Source: Microcoleus sp. (lineage in GTDB: Bacteria; Cyanobacteriota; Cyanobacteriia; Cyanobacteriales; Microcoleaceae). From it: a stretch of 64,000 nucleotides of DNA. Both the position numbers and the translations under genes were made by a program. Below, piece by piece: positions 41,028 through 51,165 of the stretch (position 1 is the stretch's first letter; every line of letters starts with the position of its first letter). Under the pieces are notes generated by a model. That model had not been told where the DNA came from, ran no database searches, and was given only the letters and a program-made list of their open reading frames with translations. Location of the stretch: contig JAYFMW010000020.1 in the NCBI GenBank assembly GCA_042408215.1, positions 608,001 through 672,000 of the forward strand. Reading direction: 5' to 3'.

Positions 41028-43718
41028 ATGGCTTTACCTAAAGAAGAACCGACGGTTGAAAATCAGTTAGAGGGTTTTGTTTCTAAACCAGACTCACTCA
41101 CTGCGAGGGTCTCAACTGATATTGAACCGTTGCTGAATCTGCTGATAGAGCTCAAAATTGTTGCAGGTTCAGACTGGCAGAATGCAGAGTCTGAACCTGA
41201 TAGCATCGCTCAAAATCCTCAAGCTCAGGTACTCGGCGGCTTGAACGATTTGTTAGCTAGTTATGAGGAAGTTGCAGCAAGTGTCAAGCCAGAAACCCTC
41301 GCTCCCGAACCGGATTCTAGCGATCCTCTGGCTTTTATAGACGAGTTCAAAAGTTGGCTATTCGTTACTGAGAAACTCACGAGTGCTGAACTGGAAAAAA
41401 ACTATTCCTCAGTTAATACTATAGATGTTTTGGCGATCGACCAGGCGGATTTAGACCAGGAATCGCAGCAGATTCAGGACTTGTCTAGCTTGAAAATTCA
41501 AGATGCTCCACAGGAAGTACAGACAAAAAAATCCGAGGAGGGCGATCGCAATTTAGAGAATTTAACATATCCCGAAATAATTCCACATGATCCCGTAGTT
41601 ACAACAGCCTCATCACCACCAGAAACCGGATATTTAGATGCTGCGGTGGCTTCGGCTCTAGAAATGCCAAACTTACTAGAACAGCCGATCGCGCGAGGGC
41701 GACCGACAGAGATATTGGGACAAATAAAACAGGATATAAATGAAGCCGACAGCGCGATGGAAATGCTGCAAAATCTGATTTTCGGCTCCCAAATATCAGA
41801 TCTAGAGCAAGTGAAAAATCTCCTCGCAGAGAACGATTTGCCGGGAGTGCGGAACCTGATGGCAACAATCGACGATAAATTAGAAAAATTGGAGCACCAA
41901 ATTTACGATCCCCAACAGTTAATCGCGCTGCTCCTACCTTGGATCGCAGAAATTATCAGCCGCAAAATAACTGATTCCAAGGAAGAAGTAGTGCAGGCGG
42001 TCGTGCCAATGATCGCCGACGTGATTAGGGCGACAACTGTGGAAAATAAGCAGGCCATGAGCGCCGCTATAGCTGAATTACTCCCCGAAGCACTTGCTCA
42101 ACAAATACATAATTCGCCAGCAGAAATTGCTCATGCGATCGCCCCGGAAATCGGCATTGCAATTAAAGAGCAAATTCGCCTTGACAAAGAGGCGATCGCT
42201 CAAGCCCTAGCGCCGGAAATGGGCAAAGCGATTACAGCCCAAATTGAACTCGAACGCGACGCAATGGTGGATGCCCTCTATCCCGTAATTGGCAGTACGA
42301 TCTCTAAATACATGGCAGAAGCTATCAAGACAATCAATGAAAAAGTGTCAAATACCCTCAGCTTTGAAGGATTTCAGCGCAAAATTCGCTCCAAAGTACA
42401 AGGAGTTTCCGAAGCCGAATTAATCCTCCAAGAATCAATGCCCTTTACCGTCCAAGCAATATTCTTAATTCACAAAGCATCAGGCTTGGTAATTTCCGAA
42501 GCTCAACACTCAGGAAACTACCAGTTAGAATCGGAAATGGTAGCAGGAATGCTCACAGCTCTTCGCAGCTTTGTTAACGAGTGCATCATTCAGCCAGGAG
42601 AAATTTCCGAACTCAATCAAATTGAATATGGTGACTCCAAGATTATGCTAGAAGTAGCGGGATACTGCTACATGGCAGTCGTAATTAAAGGAGAACCGCC
42701 ACAATCGTTTATCGACCAAGTGCGGCAAACAGTCAGTAATCTGATCCTAAATTACGCTAAATTAATTCATGAGTTTAACGGCGATCCCGATACGATACCG
42801 GAGTCGTTGCACCCGTCGATCAAAAAATTATTTGACCAGCATAACCAGCAAAAAATAACTAAAAAGCCGATCGCCCTGATCGGCCTTTGCGGTGCAGTGC
42901 TGAGCTTAATTTTAGTACCTTGGGGAATCTATCAGTACCGCAGCAACATTGAGCGCAGCCTCGAAGCAAATGCCATTTCAGCTTTAGCATCGGCTCCCGA
43001 ATTAGCAGTTTACCGCTTAAACGTTGATGTGGAGGGCGAAACCTTAAAGTTAACCGGAAAGTTGCCAAATCCAGAATTGCGGACAAAGGCTGAAAAAATA
43101 GCTGCATCAACTGCACCAAATTTGAAATTAGATAATAAAATAGTCGCTGTAGATGTACCTCCCGATCCCGTTTTGACAGCGGCTGAGGTGCAGCGAATCA
43201 CCGCTGTTTTGAACAAAATGGAGGGCGTGTCTATTTCTAGTCGGTATGGCGATCGCAGAGTTACAGTAGAGGGAACTGTGATGCAGGCTGCAGACGCTCA
43301 GAAAATTGCTCAGTCTCTGAAGCAAATTCCCGGAGTTCAGTCGGCGATCGGCACTGTTAAATTAAATCCGTTGAAAATTGCAACCCGCATCTATTTCGAG
43401 CAGGGAATAGCCAGATTAGACTCTACACATCAAGAGACAATTGTCAATATCAAAGATTTTCTTAAACAGCATCCTCAAAAACGTATTAAGATAATTGGTC
43501 ATAGCGATCGCGTTGGTGAAGCTACCGCCAATCAGCAGTTGGCGCTGCTTCGCGCCGAAACAGTCCGAGATGCCCTCGTGCTGCAAGGAGTTGATCCGAA
43601 GCGCCTCCAAGTCTTCGGTAGCCCAAATCCTCCTGCTGGCGTGGAACCAAATCAACCGCTACTGTTAAGCAGATGCGTGCTATTTGAACCAATAACTAAG
43701 AGCATAAACGGCCAATAA
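41028..43718 (+). CDS. Membrane protein: helical repeats, longin/roadblock-like domain, TM, 2 x BON, OmpA-like C-terminus
   Basis: TM IALIGLCGAVLSLILVPWGIY; BON-like LKLTGKLP and VTVEGTV; OmpA motif IIGHSDRVG...NQQLALLRAETVRDAL. Confidence 0.85.
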   Translation: MALPKEEPTVENQLEGFVSKPDSLTARVSTDIEPLLNLLIELKIVAGSDWQNAESEPDSIAQNPQAQVLGGLNDLLASYEEVAASVKPETLAPEPDSSDPLAFIDEFKSWLFVTEKLTSAELEKNYSSVNTIDVLAIDQADLDQESQQIQDLSSLKIQDAPQEVQTKKSEEGDRNLENLTYPEIIPHDPVVTTASSPPETGYLDAAVASALEMPNLLEQPIARGRPTEILGQIKQDINEADSAMEMLQNLIFGSQISDLEQVKNLLAENDLPGVRNLMATIDDKLEKLEHQIYDPQQLIALLLPWIAEIISRKITDSKEEVVQAVVPMIADVIRATTVENKQAMSAAIAELLPEALAQQIHNSPAEIAHAIAPEIGIAIKEQIRLDKEAIAQALAPEMGKAITAQIELERDAMVDALYPVIGSTISKYMAEAIKTINEKVSNTLSFEGFQRKIRSKVQGVSEAELILQESMPFTVQAIFLIHKASGLVISEAQHSGNYQLESEMVAGMLTALRSFVNECIIQPGEISELNQIEYGDSKIMLEVAGYCYMAVVIKGEPPQSFIDQVRQTVSNLILNYAKLIHEFNGDPDTIPESLHPSIKKLFDQHNQQKITKKPIALIGLCGAVLSLILVPWGIYQYRSNIERSLEANAISALASAPELAVYRLNVDVEGETLKLTGKLPNPELRTKAEKIAASTAPNLKLDNKIVAVDVPPDPVLTAAEVQRITAVLNKMEGVSISSRYGDRRVTVEGTVMQAADAQKIAQSLKQIPGVQSAIGTVKLNPLKIATRIYFEQGIARLDSTHQETIVNIKDFLKQHPQKRIKIIGHSDRVGEATANQQLALLRAETVRDALVLQGVDPKRLQVFGSPNPPAGVEPNQPLLLSRCVLFEPITKSINGQ

Positions 43719-43720
43719 CT

Positions 43721-44248
43721 ATGTCAGTTACTATATCTAAAAAAATGTGCATGATCGGGGATTTTGGCGTGGGTAAAACCAGCTTAATCCGCCGTTTTGT
43801 CGATCGGCAATTCAGCGACCAGTACCTGAGCACTGTCGGAGTAAAAATTTCCCGCAAAAGCGTAGAATTATCAGGTGTAAAACAGCGGGAAAACGTCACA
43901 GCCCAGTTGCTGATTTGGGACTTAGAAGGGCATACAAAATTCAAAGGAATCGCCCCGACTTACTTGCAGGGTTCAGGCGGCGTTTTAATAGTTGCCGATG
44001 TCAGCCGCCCAGAAACAGTCGAACGAATTTCCGAACACATTCAGCTTTTTTCTTCAGTTAACCCTAAAGGAGCAATTATCATCGCTTTGAACAAAGTAGA
44101 CTTGATTGACGAAGAAAAATTGGCCCTGCTAGTCGAAATTGCCCATTCAATAGGTCAAGACAAAGTAATAGCAGTTTACACAACATCTGCGAAAACAGGA
44201 AAAGACGTTGATGAAATTTTTCATAAACTAGCTTATACAATGGTATAA
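43721..44248 (+). CDS. Rab/Ras-like small GTPase
   Basis: G1 GDFGVGKTS, G2 YLSTVG, G3 WDLEG, G4 NKVD, G5 TSAKTG. Confidence 0.93.
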   Translation: MSVTISKKMCMIGDFGVGKTSLIRRFVDRQFSDQYLSTVGVKISRKSVELSGVKQRENVTAQLLIWDLEGHTKFKGIAPTYLQGSGGVLIVADVSRPETVERISEHIQLFSSVNPKGAIIIALNKVDLIDEEKLALLVEIAHSIGQDKVIAVYTTSAKTGKDVDEIFHKLAYTMV

Positions 44249-44253
44249 CAAGC

Positions 44254-44457
44254 ATGAACCTCTTGTTGAAAAAACTCCTAAGCCCGCGACAAACTGAGTA
44301 TTTTATTGTCAATGAAAATTTCATCATTCAGGAAACCTCCGCTTCTGTGCAGCAGTGTGTAGACTTACACGGCGGTCAAATCGAATTTTCCAGCGGAACA
44401 GGGTTAGGTACTACTTTCATAGTAACAATTCCCTTTGACAAACAGACGCAAATATAG
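44254..44457 (+). pseudogene. Internally deleted histidine kinase remnant
   Basis: First 33 aa resemble the N-terminus of the 44640 cyclase; the remainder, CVDLHGGQIEFSSGTGLGTTFIVTIP, is a HATPase C-terminus. Confidence 0.8.
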
Positions 44458-44589
44458 CCTTTCTCAGTAACAGTGCGGTGCACGCTTGATAAGCGGGCAT
44501 AGGCATAGGGCATAGGGCATAGGGCATAGGGCATAGGGCATAGGGCATAGGGCATAGGGCATACCTCACCAAGATTGAGAAATGCTATA
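44453..44589. repeat. MITE-like element (TIR TATAGC.TTTCTCA) containing about 10 GGGCATA heptamers
   Basis: TATAGCCTTTCTCA ... TGAGAAATGCTATA; heptamer tract at about 44495-44563. Confidence 0.7.
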
Positions 44590-44639
44590 GATTAATCTCA
44601 GATTCCTTGATCGGGCGCATTTACTACTAAAAATCAGAC

Positions 44640-47423
44640 ATGAAAACCCTGTTTAAAAAACTGTTGGTTCCCCACCACTTGGAGTATCTGGCACTGGATA
44701 GAGACTTTTTAATCCAAGAAATCTCTCCCAAAGTGCAGCGGTTTGCAGACTGTCCCAAGGAAGTGACGACGGGAAATGATGTCCGCATTCCATTTCCAGA
44801 ATTGGTAGGAAGTGAAGAAATTTTAATCGATATTTTTGAAGGGCGTTTGCCAAATTTTGAGTTAAAAGCGATGACGCGGGTTTTCGAGAATAACTCGCGG
44901 CTCTATTTTGATATGTACATAGTCGATTTCCCAACTGACGAAAATTATCAAACATTGATTATATTTTTTGAAGACGTAACAGACAGGATGGGTTTGGAAC
45001 AAACTCTTGTTCAGGCTACCAATGAAATGAATATTTTATTGAGTACCTTAGCAGCTACTAATAAGTATGTTGAAAAAATTATTACTTCAATGGCAGAAGT
45101 TTTGTTGGTGACAACGGCGTCGGGAAAAATTAAAAAAGTCAATCAAGCGGCTCAAGATTTGTTTGGTTACAGTGAATCGGAATTAGTAGGACGAAAAATA
45201 AATGCGATCGCGGCGGAGGGCGAATCTTTGTACGCAGTCAGCCAGCAGCCTCAATTATCTCAAACTAACACTGAAGTAATTTGCTTGCGGAAAACTGGAG
45301 AAAGACTGACAGTGGCCTTTTCCTGCACAGCGATTCCGACTGAGATTAAGAGTATTTCTGAAGCAAAGGCTACCGTTCAAGATTTCGTGTACATTGGCCG
45401 CGATGTTACAGATAAACAGCGAGCCAGCAAGCGAAAAGTAGTTCAGTATGCTACTACCCGGAGCCTCTCGGAATGCGAAACAGTCAAAATGGCGATCGCA
45501 GAAATTCTCCCTGTAGTTTGCCATAGTTTGGGATGGCAAGCTGCCGAACTTTGGATGCCAGAAATAGGCGAAAAACTGCTGTCAGCAACTAAGAGAAAAA
45601 TTCCGATTTCCGATCCAAATTTGCTCCGGTGCGTCGCCCGTTGGACAAAACGCTCAATTTCCATTCCCAAATTTGTAGAAGTTGCCGAACAAATGACATT
45701 TGCAGTGGGGGAAGGATTTACCGGTCGCGTTTGGGGCAGTGGTTCCTCTGAGTGGATTGCAGATGTGGCAGAAAACGACACATTTATACGCAGAGAAATT
45801 GCCGCTGAAGAAGGAATCCACGGAGCTTTTGGCTTCCCAATTTTGGGTGACTACGACCAGGAACTGTCGGCGAGGTCTGTTTTGGGAGTGATGACTGTCT
45901 TCAGCCTAGAAGTGCAGTCTTTTGATGAAGAATTGCTCCAGACAATGACAACAATTGGCAGCGAAATCGGTCAATTCATCAAGCGCAAACAAGCAGAATC
46001 TGCCCTGCGGGAAAGTGAAGAAAAACTGCGAGACTTATTTGAAAATGCTAGTGACTTAATTCAAAGCATTGGAGCCGACGGTAATTTTTTGTACGTCAAT
46101 CGGGCTTGGGAAAAAACTCTCGGATACAGTGAAGCAGAGATTGCTAGTATGACAGTTTTTGACATTATTCATCCCAATAGTTCCCAAGAGTCTATAGATA
46201 TATTATATCAAGCTATTAACAAGAAAACCATCTATGAAAATACATTTTATCCCGACTCGATTCAAGCAATATTTATTACCAAATACAACCAACCAATCTG
46301 GCTGGAAGGGAGCATAAGCTGTAAATTTGCCGAGGGTCAGCTAGTGGCAATTCGTGCCATTTTGCGAGATATTACCGCCCGCAAACAAGCCGAAGATGCC
46401 CTCGCAAAATCTGTGTCTTTGCTGCAAGCAACGTTTGATTCTACTGCTGACGGGATTTTGGCCATCGATCGCACTGGCAGAATAGTCACTTACAATCGAG
46501 AATTCGTAGAAATGTGGGGCATACCCAACGAAGTGATGGCACTGCGAGACGACGCAACAATGGTCGCCTTTGTGCTAGAACAACTTAAAGAACCCGAAGC
46601 ATTCCAAGATAGAATAGAATCGCTTTACGAGCAGCCAGAAGCGGAAAGTTACGACTTGTTGGAATTTAAAGACGGCAGATATTTTGAACGCTATTCTGAA
46701 CCCCAGTGGCTGGGAGATAAAATTATCGGCAGAGTTTGGAGTTACCACGACATCACTGAACGCAAGCAAGCAGAAGATGCCCTCCGGGAAGAACAGGAAA
46801 AATCCGAAAAGCTGCTGCTAAATATATTGCCGAAGGCTATAGCAGAACGGCTGAAACGAAACGAAACTACTATTGCAGAATACTTTCCAGAAGTGACCGT
46901 TTTGTTTGCAGATATTGTGGGCTTTACACACTTGTCTACCCTGATGAATCCCATCGACCTTGTGGAGTTGCTCAACCAAATTTTTTCAAGCTTTGACATG
47001 ATTTGCGATCGGCTCGGCTTAGAGAAAATTAAGACAATTGGTGACGCCTACATGGTAGTAGGAGGATTACCGGAGCCTAGGGCGGATCACGCCGAAGCGA
47101 TCGCCCAAATGGCCCTAGATATGCAAAGAGAAATAGCTCGATTTAATGCTCACAATAACAAATATTTCAGCATCCGCATCGGCATCCACAGTGGCCCGGT
47201 TGTTGCGGGAGTAATTGGCATCAAAAAGTTTATTTACGATTTGTGGGGTGACACGGTAAATATTGCTTCCCGCATGGAATCTCACGGTTTGCCTTGGCGG
47301 ATTCAAGTCAGCGAAGATACTTATAAGTTATTGGAACACAAATACTTATTTGATGAGCGGGGAACGGTTAATGTTAAAGGCAAAGGGGCAATGACAACTT
47401 ATTTGCTTATTGGTGAAAAATAA
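44640..47423 (+). CDS. Class III adenylate cyclase with PAS and GAF domains
   Basis: FADIVGFT, KIKTIGDAYM, YDLWGDTVNIASRMES (ATP-specifying K/D); several PAS domains and one GAF. Confidence 0.93.
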   Translation: MKTLFKKLLVPHHLEYLALDRDFLIQEISPKVQRFADCPKEVTTGNDVRIPFPELVGSEEILIDIFEGRLPNFELKAMTRVFENNSRLYFDMYIVDFPTDENYQTLIIFFEDVTDRMGLEQTLVQATNEMNILLSTLAATNKYVEKIITSMAEVLLVTTASGKIKKVNQAAQDLFGYSESELVGRKINAIAAEGESLYAVSQQPQLSQTNTEVICLRKTGERLTVAFSCTAIPTEIKSISEAKATVQDFVYIGRDVTDKQRASKRKVVQYATTRSLSECETVKMAIAEILPVVCHSLGWQAAELWMPEIGEKLLSATKRKIPISDPNLLRCVARWTKRSISIPKFVEVAEQMTFAVGEGFTGRVWGSGSSEWIADVAENDTFIRREIAAEEGIHGAFGFPILGDYDQELSARSVLGVMTVFSLEVQSFDEELLQTMTTIGSEIGQFIKRKQAESALRESEEKLRDLFENASDLIQSIGADGNFLYVNRAWEKTLGYSEAEIASMTVFDIIHPNSSQESIDILYQAINKKTIYENTFYPDSIQAIFITKYNQPIWLEGSISCKFAEGQLVAIRAILRDITARKQAEDALAKSVSLLQATFDSTADGILAIDRTGRIVTYNREFVEMWGIPNEVMALRDDATMVAFVLEQLKEPEAFQDRIESLYEQPEAESYDLLEFKDGRYFERYSEPQWLGDKIIGRVWSYHDITERKQAEDALREEQEKSEKLLLNILPKAIAERLKRNETTIAEYFPEVTVLFADIVGFTHLSTLMNPIDLVELLNQIFSSFDMICDRLGLEKIKTIGDAYMVVGGLPEPRADHAEAIAQMALDMQREIARFNAHNNKYFSIRIGIHSGPVVAGVIGIKKFIYDLWGDTVNIASRMESHGLPWRIQVSEDTYKLLEHKYLFDERGTVNVKGKGAMTTYLLIGEK

Positions 47424-47427
47424 GCTT

Positions 47428-47710
47428 TGTCATTAGTCATTAGTCATTGGTCATTAGTCATTAGTCATTGGTCATTGGTAATTGGGAATAGGTAATTGGG
47501 AATGGGGAATTGGGAATGGGGAATTCGTAATTCGTAATTAGTTATTGGTTATGGGTTATTAGTTATTAGTTATGGGTTATTAGTTATTCTTAGTAATTGG
47601 TAATGATTTATTAGGAATTGAACACAACTCACAACTAACAATCAACAAATAACAACTCACAACTCACAACTCACAACTCACAACTCACAACTCACAACTC
47701 ACAACTAACT
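47428..47710. repeat. STRR-type heptamer tracts (GTCATTA/G, GGGAATT/G, GTTATTA, ACAACTC)
   Basis: Visible tandem heptamers; similar tracts at about 19985-20030, 52272-52306 and 61770-61835. Confidence 0.85.
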
Positions 47711-47764
47711 ACTGAGTAAAAGTATTGCTAAAGTTAGTTTAGCAACCGAAACAAGTCAAGACTC

Positions 47765-50700
47765 ATGGAACTTGCCAATTTGCCAATATTTTCATCATCA
47801 CCCCTAGAAGCGATCGATCGCCATCCTCTGACAGTTGCACCGGAAACTAGGCTTGTAGATGCGATCGCCCTGATGAGTCAGGCGATCGATCCTGGTGCGC
47901 TACCTAATGCACAACCGCTGCTAGACTCAAGGGGAACAGCAAAAGCATCGACTGGTTGTCTCCTAGTTATCGATGGAAATCAGCTAGTTGGACTGCTAAG
48001 CGAGGGAGATGTGGTGAACTTAATCGCCACAGAATCCTGTTGGCAAGAAAGGAAAGTTGCCGACGTAATAAAGCGGAATTTTATGACTCTGAAAGTATCG
48101 GAATTTACAGATGTTTTGACAGCAATTAACCTATTTTGTCAACACTCCATCGACCAATTGCCAATCATAGACGATGGAGGTCAGTTAGTAGGTTTAGTAA
48201 CTGAAAAAAACCTGCGATTAGAAATGTACAATCTGGTAAAAATGTGGCAACAAGAAGTTGTACATCTGCTGGAAAAACCCTCTAAAAAATTAGAAAATAA
48301 GTCAGAAATCGAACAAGGAGTCAGCTACGAAAAACAGGTCGAAAATGATGTTTTGCGGGAGAGCGAATCCCGCTACCGGGAAATTGTGGAAGACCAAACC
48401 GAACTGATTTGCCGCTACCTACCCGACGGCAGAATGACATTTGTTAATGAAGCTTACTGTCGTTATTTTGGTGTGCAACCAGAAGACTTGCTGGGTAATA
48501 GCTTTATACCAATGATTTTAGGAGAAGACCGAGAATATTTTTGGGAGCAATATAATTTGCTGTCTCCTGAAAAGCCATTTTTTACTTCCGAACACCGAGT
48601 GATTTTGCCCAGCGGCGAAATTCGCACTCAGCAGTGGATCGATCGGGCTATATTTGACGAGACGGGACAAATCATTGAGTATCAAGCTGTGGGCAGGGAT
48701 GTGAGCGATCGTAAACAAGCAGAAACCTATGAGCAACAACTCAACGCAGAGTTAGAACAGCGAGTCCAGCATTGCACTGAACGGTACGAACTGGCAGTTA
48801 CAGCAGGCAAATTAGTCGAAGAGAAACTGCGAAACTCCGAAGCAGAACTGCAAGCACTTTTTGATGCGATGACCGATATTGTGCTGGTGCTCGATGCCGA
48901 AGGTCGCTACGTCAAAATCGCACCCTCGGCGGCCTCACTGCTGTACAAACCCTCTGAAGAATTGCTGGGCAAAACTGTCGTGGAAGTTCTACCATTGCCA
49001 GAAGCCGAACTCTGTCTCAGCTACATAGAGCGCACGCTGAGAACTCAGCAGACGGAGAGAATTGATTACACTCTGGAAATTGGTGGTAAGTTAATCTGGT
49101 TTGAGGCAAGTATTTCGCCCTTTGGGGTCGATCGAGTAATTTTGGTAGCGCGAGACATTACTCAGCGTAAATTGACAGAAGCTGCACTGCAAAAGAGCGA
49201 GGAAAAGTTTCGCAACTTATTTGACGATGCTCCGATCGCCCTGAGTTTGGCAAGGGTGGGCGACTTTCGCATGGTCAAAGTGAATGAGGCTCACCGCCAG
49301 ATGTTCGGCTACAGCGACTCAGAGTTGGCGGCAATGAGTTTTGCTGATGTCACCCACCCAGAAGATTTAGAAGCAGATTTAGAGCAAGTCAAGCAGCTTG
49401 TAGAAGGCTATATTCCTCGGTTCCAAATAGAAAAACGCTGTAGGAAAAAGAACGGCGAATTGATCTGGGTCAACTTGACGGTGACACTGATTCGCGCTCT
49501 GGATGGCAGTCCCCTTTACACTATGGCTGCGATCGAAGATATCAGCGATAGCAAGGCAGCAGAATTGCAATTACAGCAGTTGAAAGAACGGTTGCAATTT
49601 TTGCTGGCTTCTAATCCGGCGGTAATTTTTACTGTCTCGCCTGAAGGGGATTTTGGTACTACTTATATTAGCGATAATGTGAGGGCGATCGTCGGTTACA
49701 ACCCGGAAGATTTTTTAGCGGATGCTTATTTCTGGTGCTGTCACATTCACCCTGAAGATCTCATGCAATTTTTAGTTGCTTTATCGGATTTATCGGAGCA
49801 AGAAAATCGTATTTGCGAGTATCGTTTTTTGCATAGAGATGGAATATACCGCTGGCTGCGGACGGAACTAAAATTATTAGTAGACAGTAGGAAAAAACCG
49901 ATCGAAATTATTGGTTACGCCGCCGACATCAGCAATTCCAAATGTGCCGAAATCACCCTGCAGCAGCAGTTCGAGCAAGAGCGGCTGGTCGAGGCGATCG
50001 CCCGTCGTGTCCGCCAGTCTTTGCAATTAGAGGAAATTCTCAACACAACTGTTGCCGAACTTCAGCAAGTATTGCTAGCCGATCGAGTTTTGGTTTATCA
50101 AATTTTACCCGATGGTCGTGGCCAAGTCATTGCGGAAGCCGTTGCAGACGGATGCAGTCACATCCTGAATACTATTTTTTCAGCAGAGGCTTTAGGGCTA
50201 GCCAACTACCAGGATTATTTACAATTTCCCATTGATGATGTATCTGAGCAAGAGGCACTGATTTCACCTGGTTTGATAGATTTATTGCCAGAAATTGAAG
50301 TCAGGGCTAAGTTAATAGTGCCAATTTTTCAGCTAAATCAACTCTGGGGATTGCTGATTGCTCACCAGTGCGATCGAGACCGGAATTGGCGAGAATGGGA
50401 AGTAAATTTATTTCAGCAATTAGCTAATCAATTAGCGATCGCCATTCAGCAATCTCTGCTTTACCAGCAATTGCAAGCTGAACTGAGCGATCGCAAACAA
50501 GCTGAAGAAAATTTAAAGACATCCCTGAAAGAAAAAGAAATTTTGCTCAAAGAAATTCACCACCGCGTCAAAAACAATCTCTGCGTAGTCGCCAGTCTTT
50601 TAGAACTGCAATCTGAAACCGTTGCTGACCCGCAGCTAGCCAAAATGTTTGAAGAAAGTCAGAATCGCCTTTACTCTATGGCTCTGATTCACGAGAAACT

Positions 50701-51160
50701 CTACCGCTCTAAAAATCTGGCTAAAATTAATTTTGGTGAATATCTCGAAGATTTAGTCACTAATTTATTTCACTCTTACAATATTAGCGATCGCCGGATT
50801 GAGTTGGAGGTATTGGCTGAACCGATTTTCCTGAACCTTGAGACTGCTACTCCCTGCGGTTTAATTGCTAATGAATTGGTCTCAAATACCTTGAAACACG
50901 CTTTCCCGGCTCGCGCCAATGGTACTGTTAGTGTAGAATGCTATCAAACGGGCGAGGGAGAAATTCACCTCTTAGTCAAGGACAACGGCGCTGGTTTTCC
51001 GAAAAACTTAGATTTTCGGAAAACGGGATCGATGGGTTTTCAAGTAGTCTGTACTTTAACCGAGCAGCTAGAAGGAACTCTTGAATTATCAGGAGAAATC
51101 GGCACTACGTTTCACTTAAAATTTCATGAATTAAAATATTCTCACAGGTTGGCCAAGTAA
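47765..51160 (+). CDS. CBS-PAS(x4)-GAF sensor histidine kinase (HisKA_2 type)
   Basis: CBS pair, repeated PAS/PAC, GAF, H-box LLKEIHHRVKNNL, NELVSNTLKHAF, DNGAG. Confidence 0.93.
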   Translation: MELANLPIFSSSPLEAIDRHPLTVAPETRLVDAIALMSQAIDPGALPNAQPLLDSRGTAKASTGCLLVIDGNQLVGLLSEGDVVNLIATESCWQERKVADVIKRNFMTLKVSEFTDVLTAINLFCQHSIDQLPIIDDGGQLVGLVTEKNLRLEMYNLVKMWQQEVVHLLEKPSKKLENKSEIEQGVSYEKQVENDVLRESESRYREIVEDQTELICRYLPDGRMTFVNEAYCRYFGVQPEDLLGNSFIPMILGEDREYFWEQYNLLSPEKPFFTSEHRVILPSGEIRTQQWIDRAIFDETGQIIEYQAVGRDVSDRKQAETYEQQLNAELEQRVQHCTERYELAVTAGKLVEEKLRNSEAELQALFDAMTDIVLVLDAEGRYVKIAPSAASLLYKPSEELLGKTVVEVLPLPEAELCLSYIERTLRTQQTERIDYTLEIGGKLIWFEASISPFGVDRVILVARDITQRKLTEAALQKSEEKFRNLFDDAPIALSLARVGDFRMVKVNEAHRQMFGYSDSELAAMSFADVTHPEDLEADLEQVKQLVEGYIPRFQIEKRCRKKNGELIWVNLTVTLIRALDGSPLYTMAAIEDISDSKAAELQLQQLKERLQFLLASNPAVIFTVSPEGDFGTTYISDNVRAIVGYNPEDFLADAYFWCCHIHPEDLMQFLVALSDLSEQENRICEYRFLHRDGIYRWLRTELKLLVDSRKKPIEIIGYAADISNSKCAEITLQQQFEQERLVEAIARRVRQSLQLEEILNTTVAELQQVLLADRVLVYQILPDGRGQVIAEAVADGCSHILNTIFSAEALGLANYQDYLQFPIDDVSEQEALISPGLIDLLPEIEVRAKLIVPIFQLNQLWGLLIAHQCDRDRNWREWEVNLFQQLANQLAIAIQQSLLYQQLQAELSDRKQAEENLKTSLKEKEILLKEIHHRVKNNLCVVASLLELQSETVADPQLAKMFEESQNRLYSMALIHEKLYRSKNLAKINFGEYLEDLVTNLFHSYNISDRRIELEVLAEPIFLNLETATPCGLIANELVSNTLKHAFPARANGTVSVECYQTGEGEIHLLVKDNGAGFPKNLDFRKTGSMGFQVVCTLTEQLEGTLELSGEIGTTFHLKFHELKYSHRLAK

Positions 51161-51165
51161 GAACT

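Noticed and set aside
49980..50470. Cyanobacteriochrome photoreceptor GAF
   Set aside because: No DxCF-type motif and no canonical Cys-His (reads SPGLIDLL at that position).
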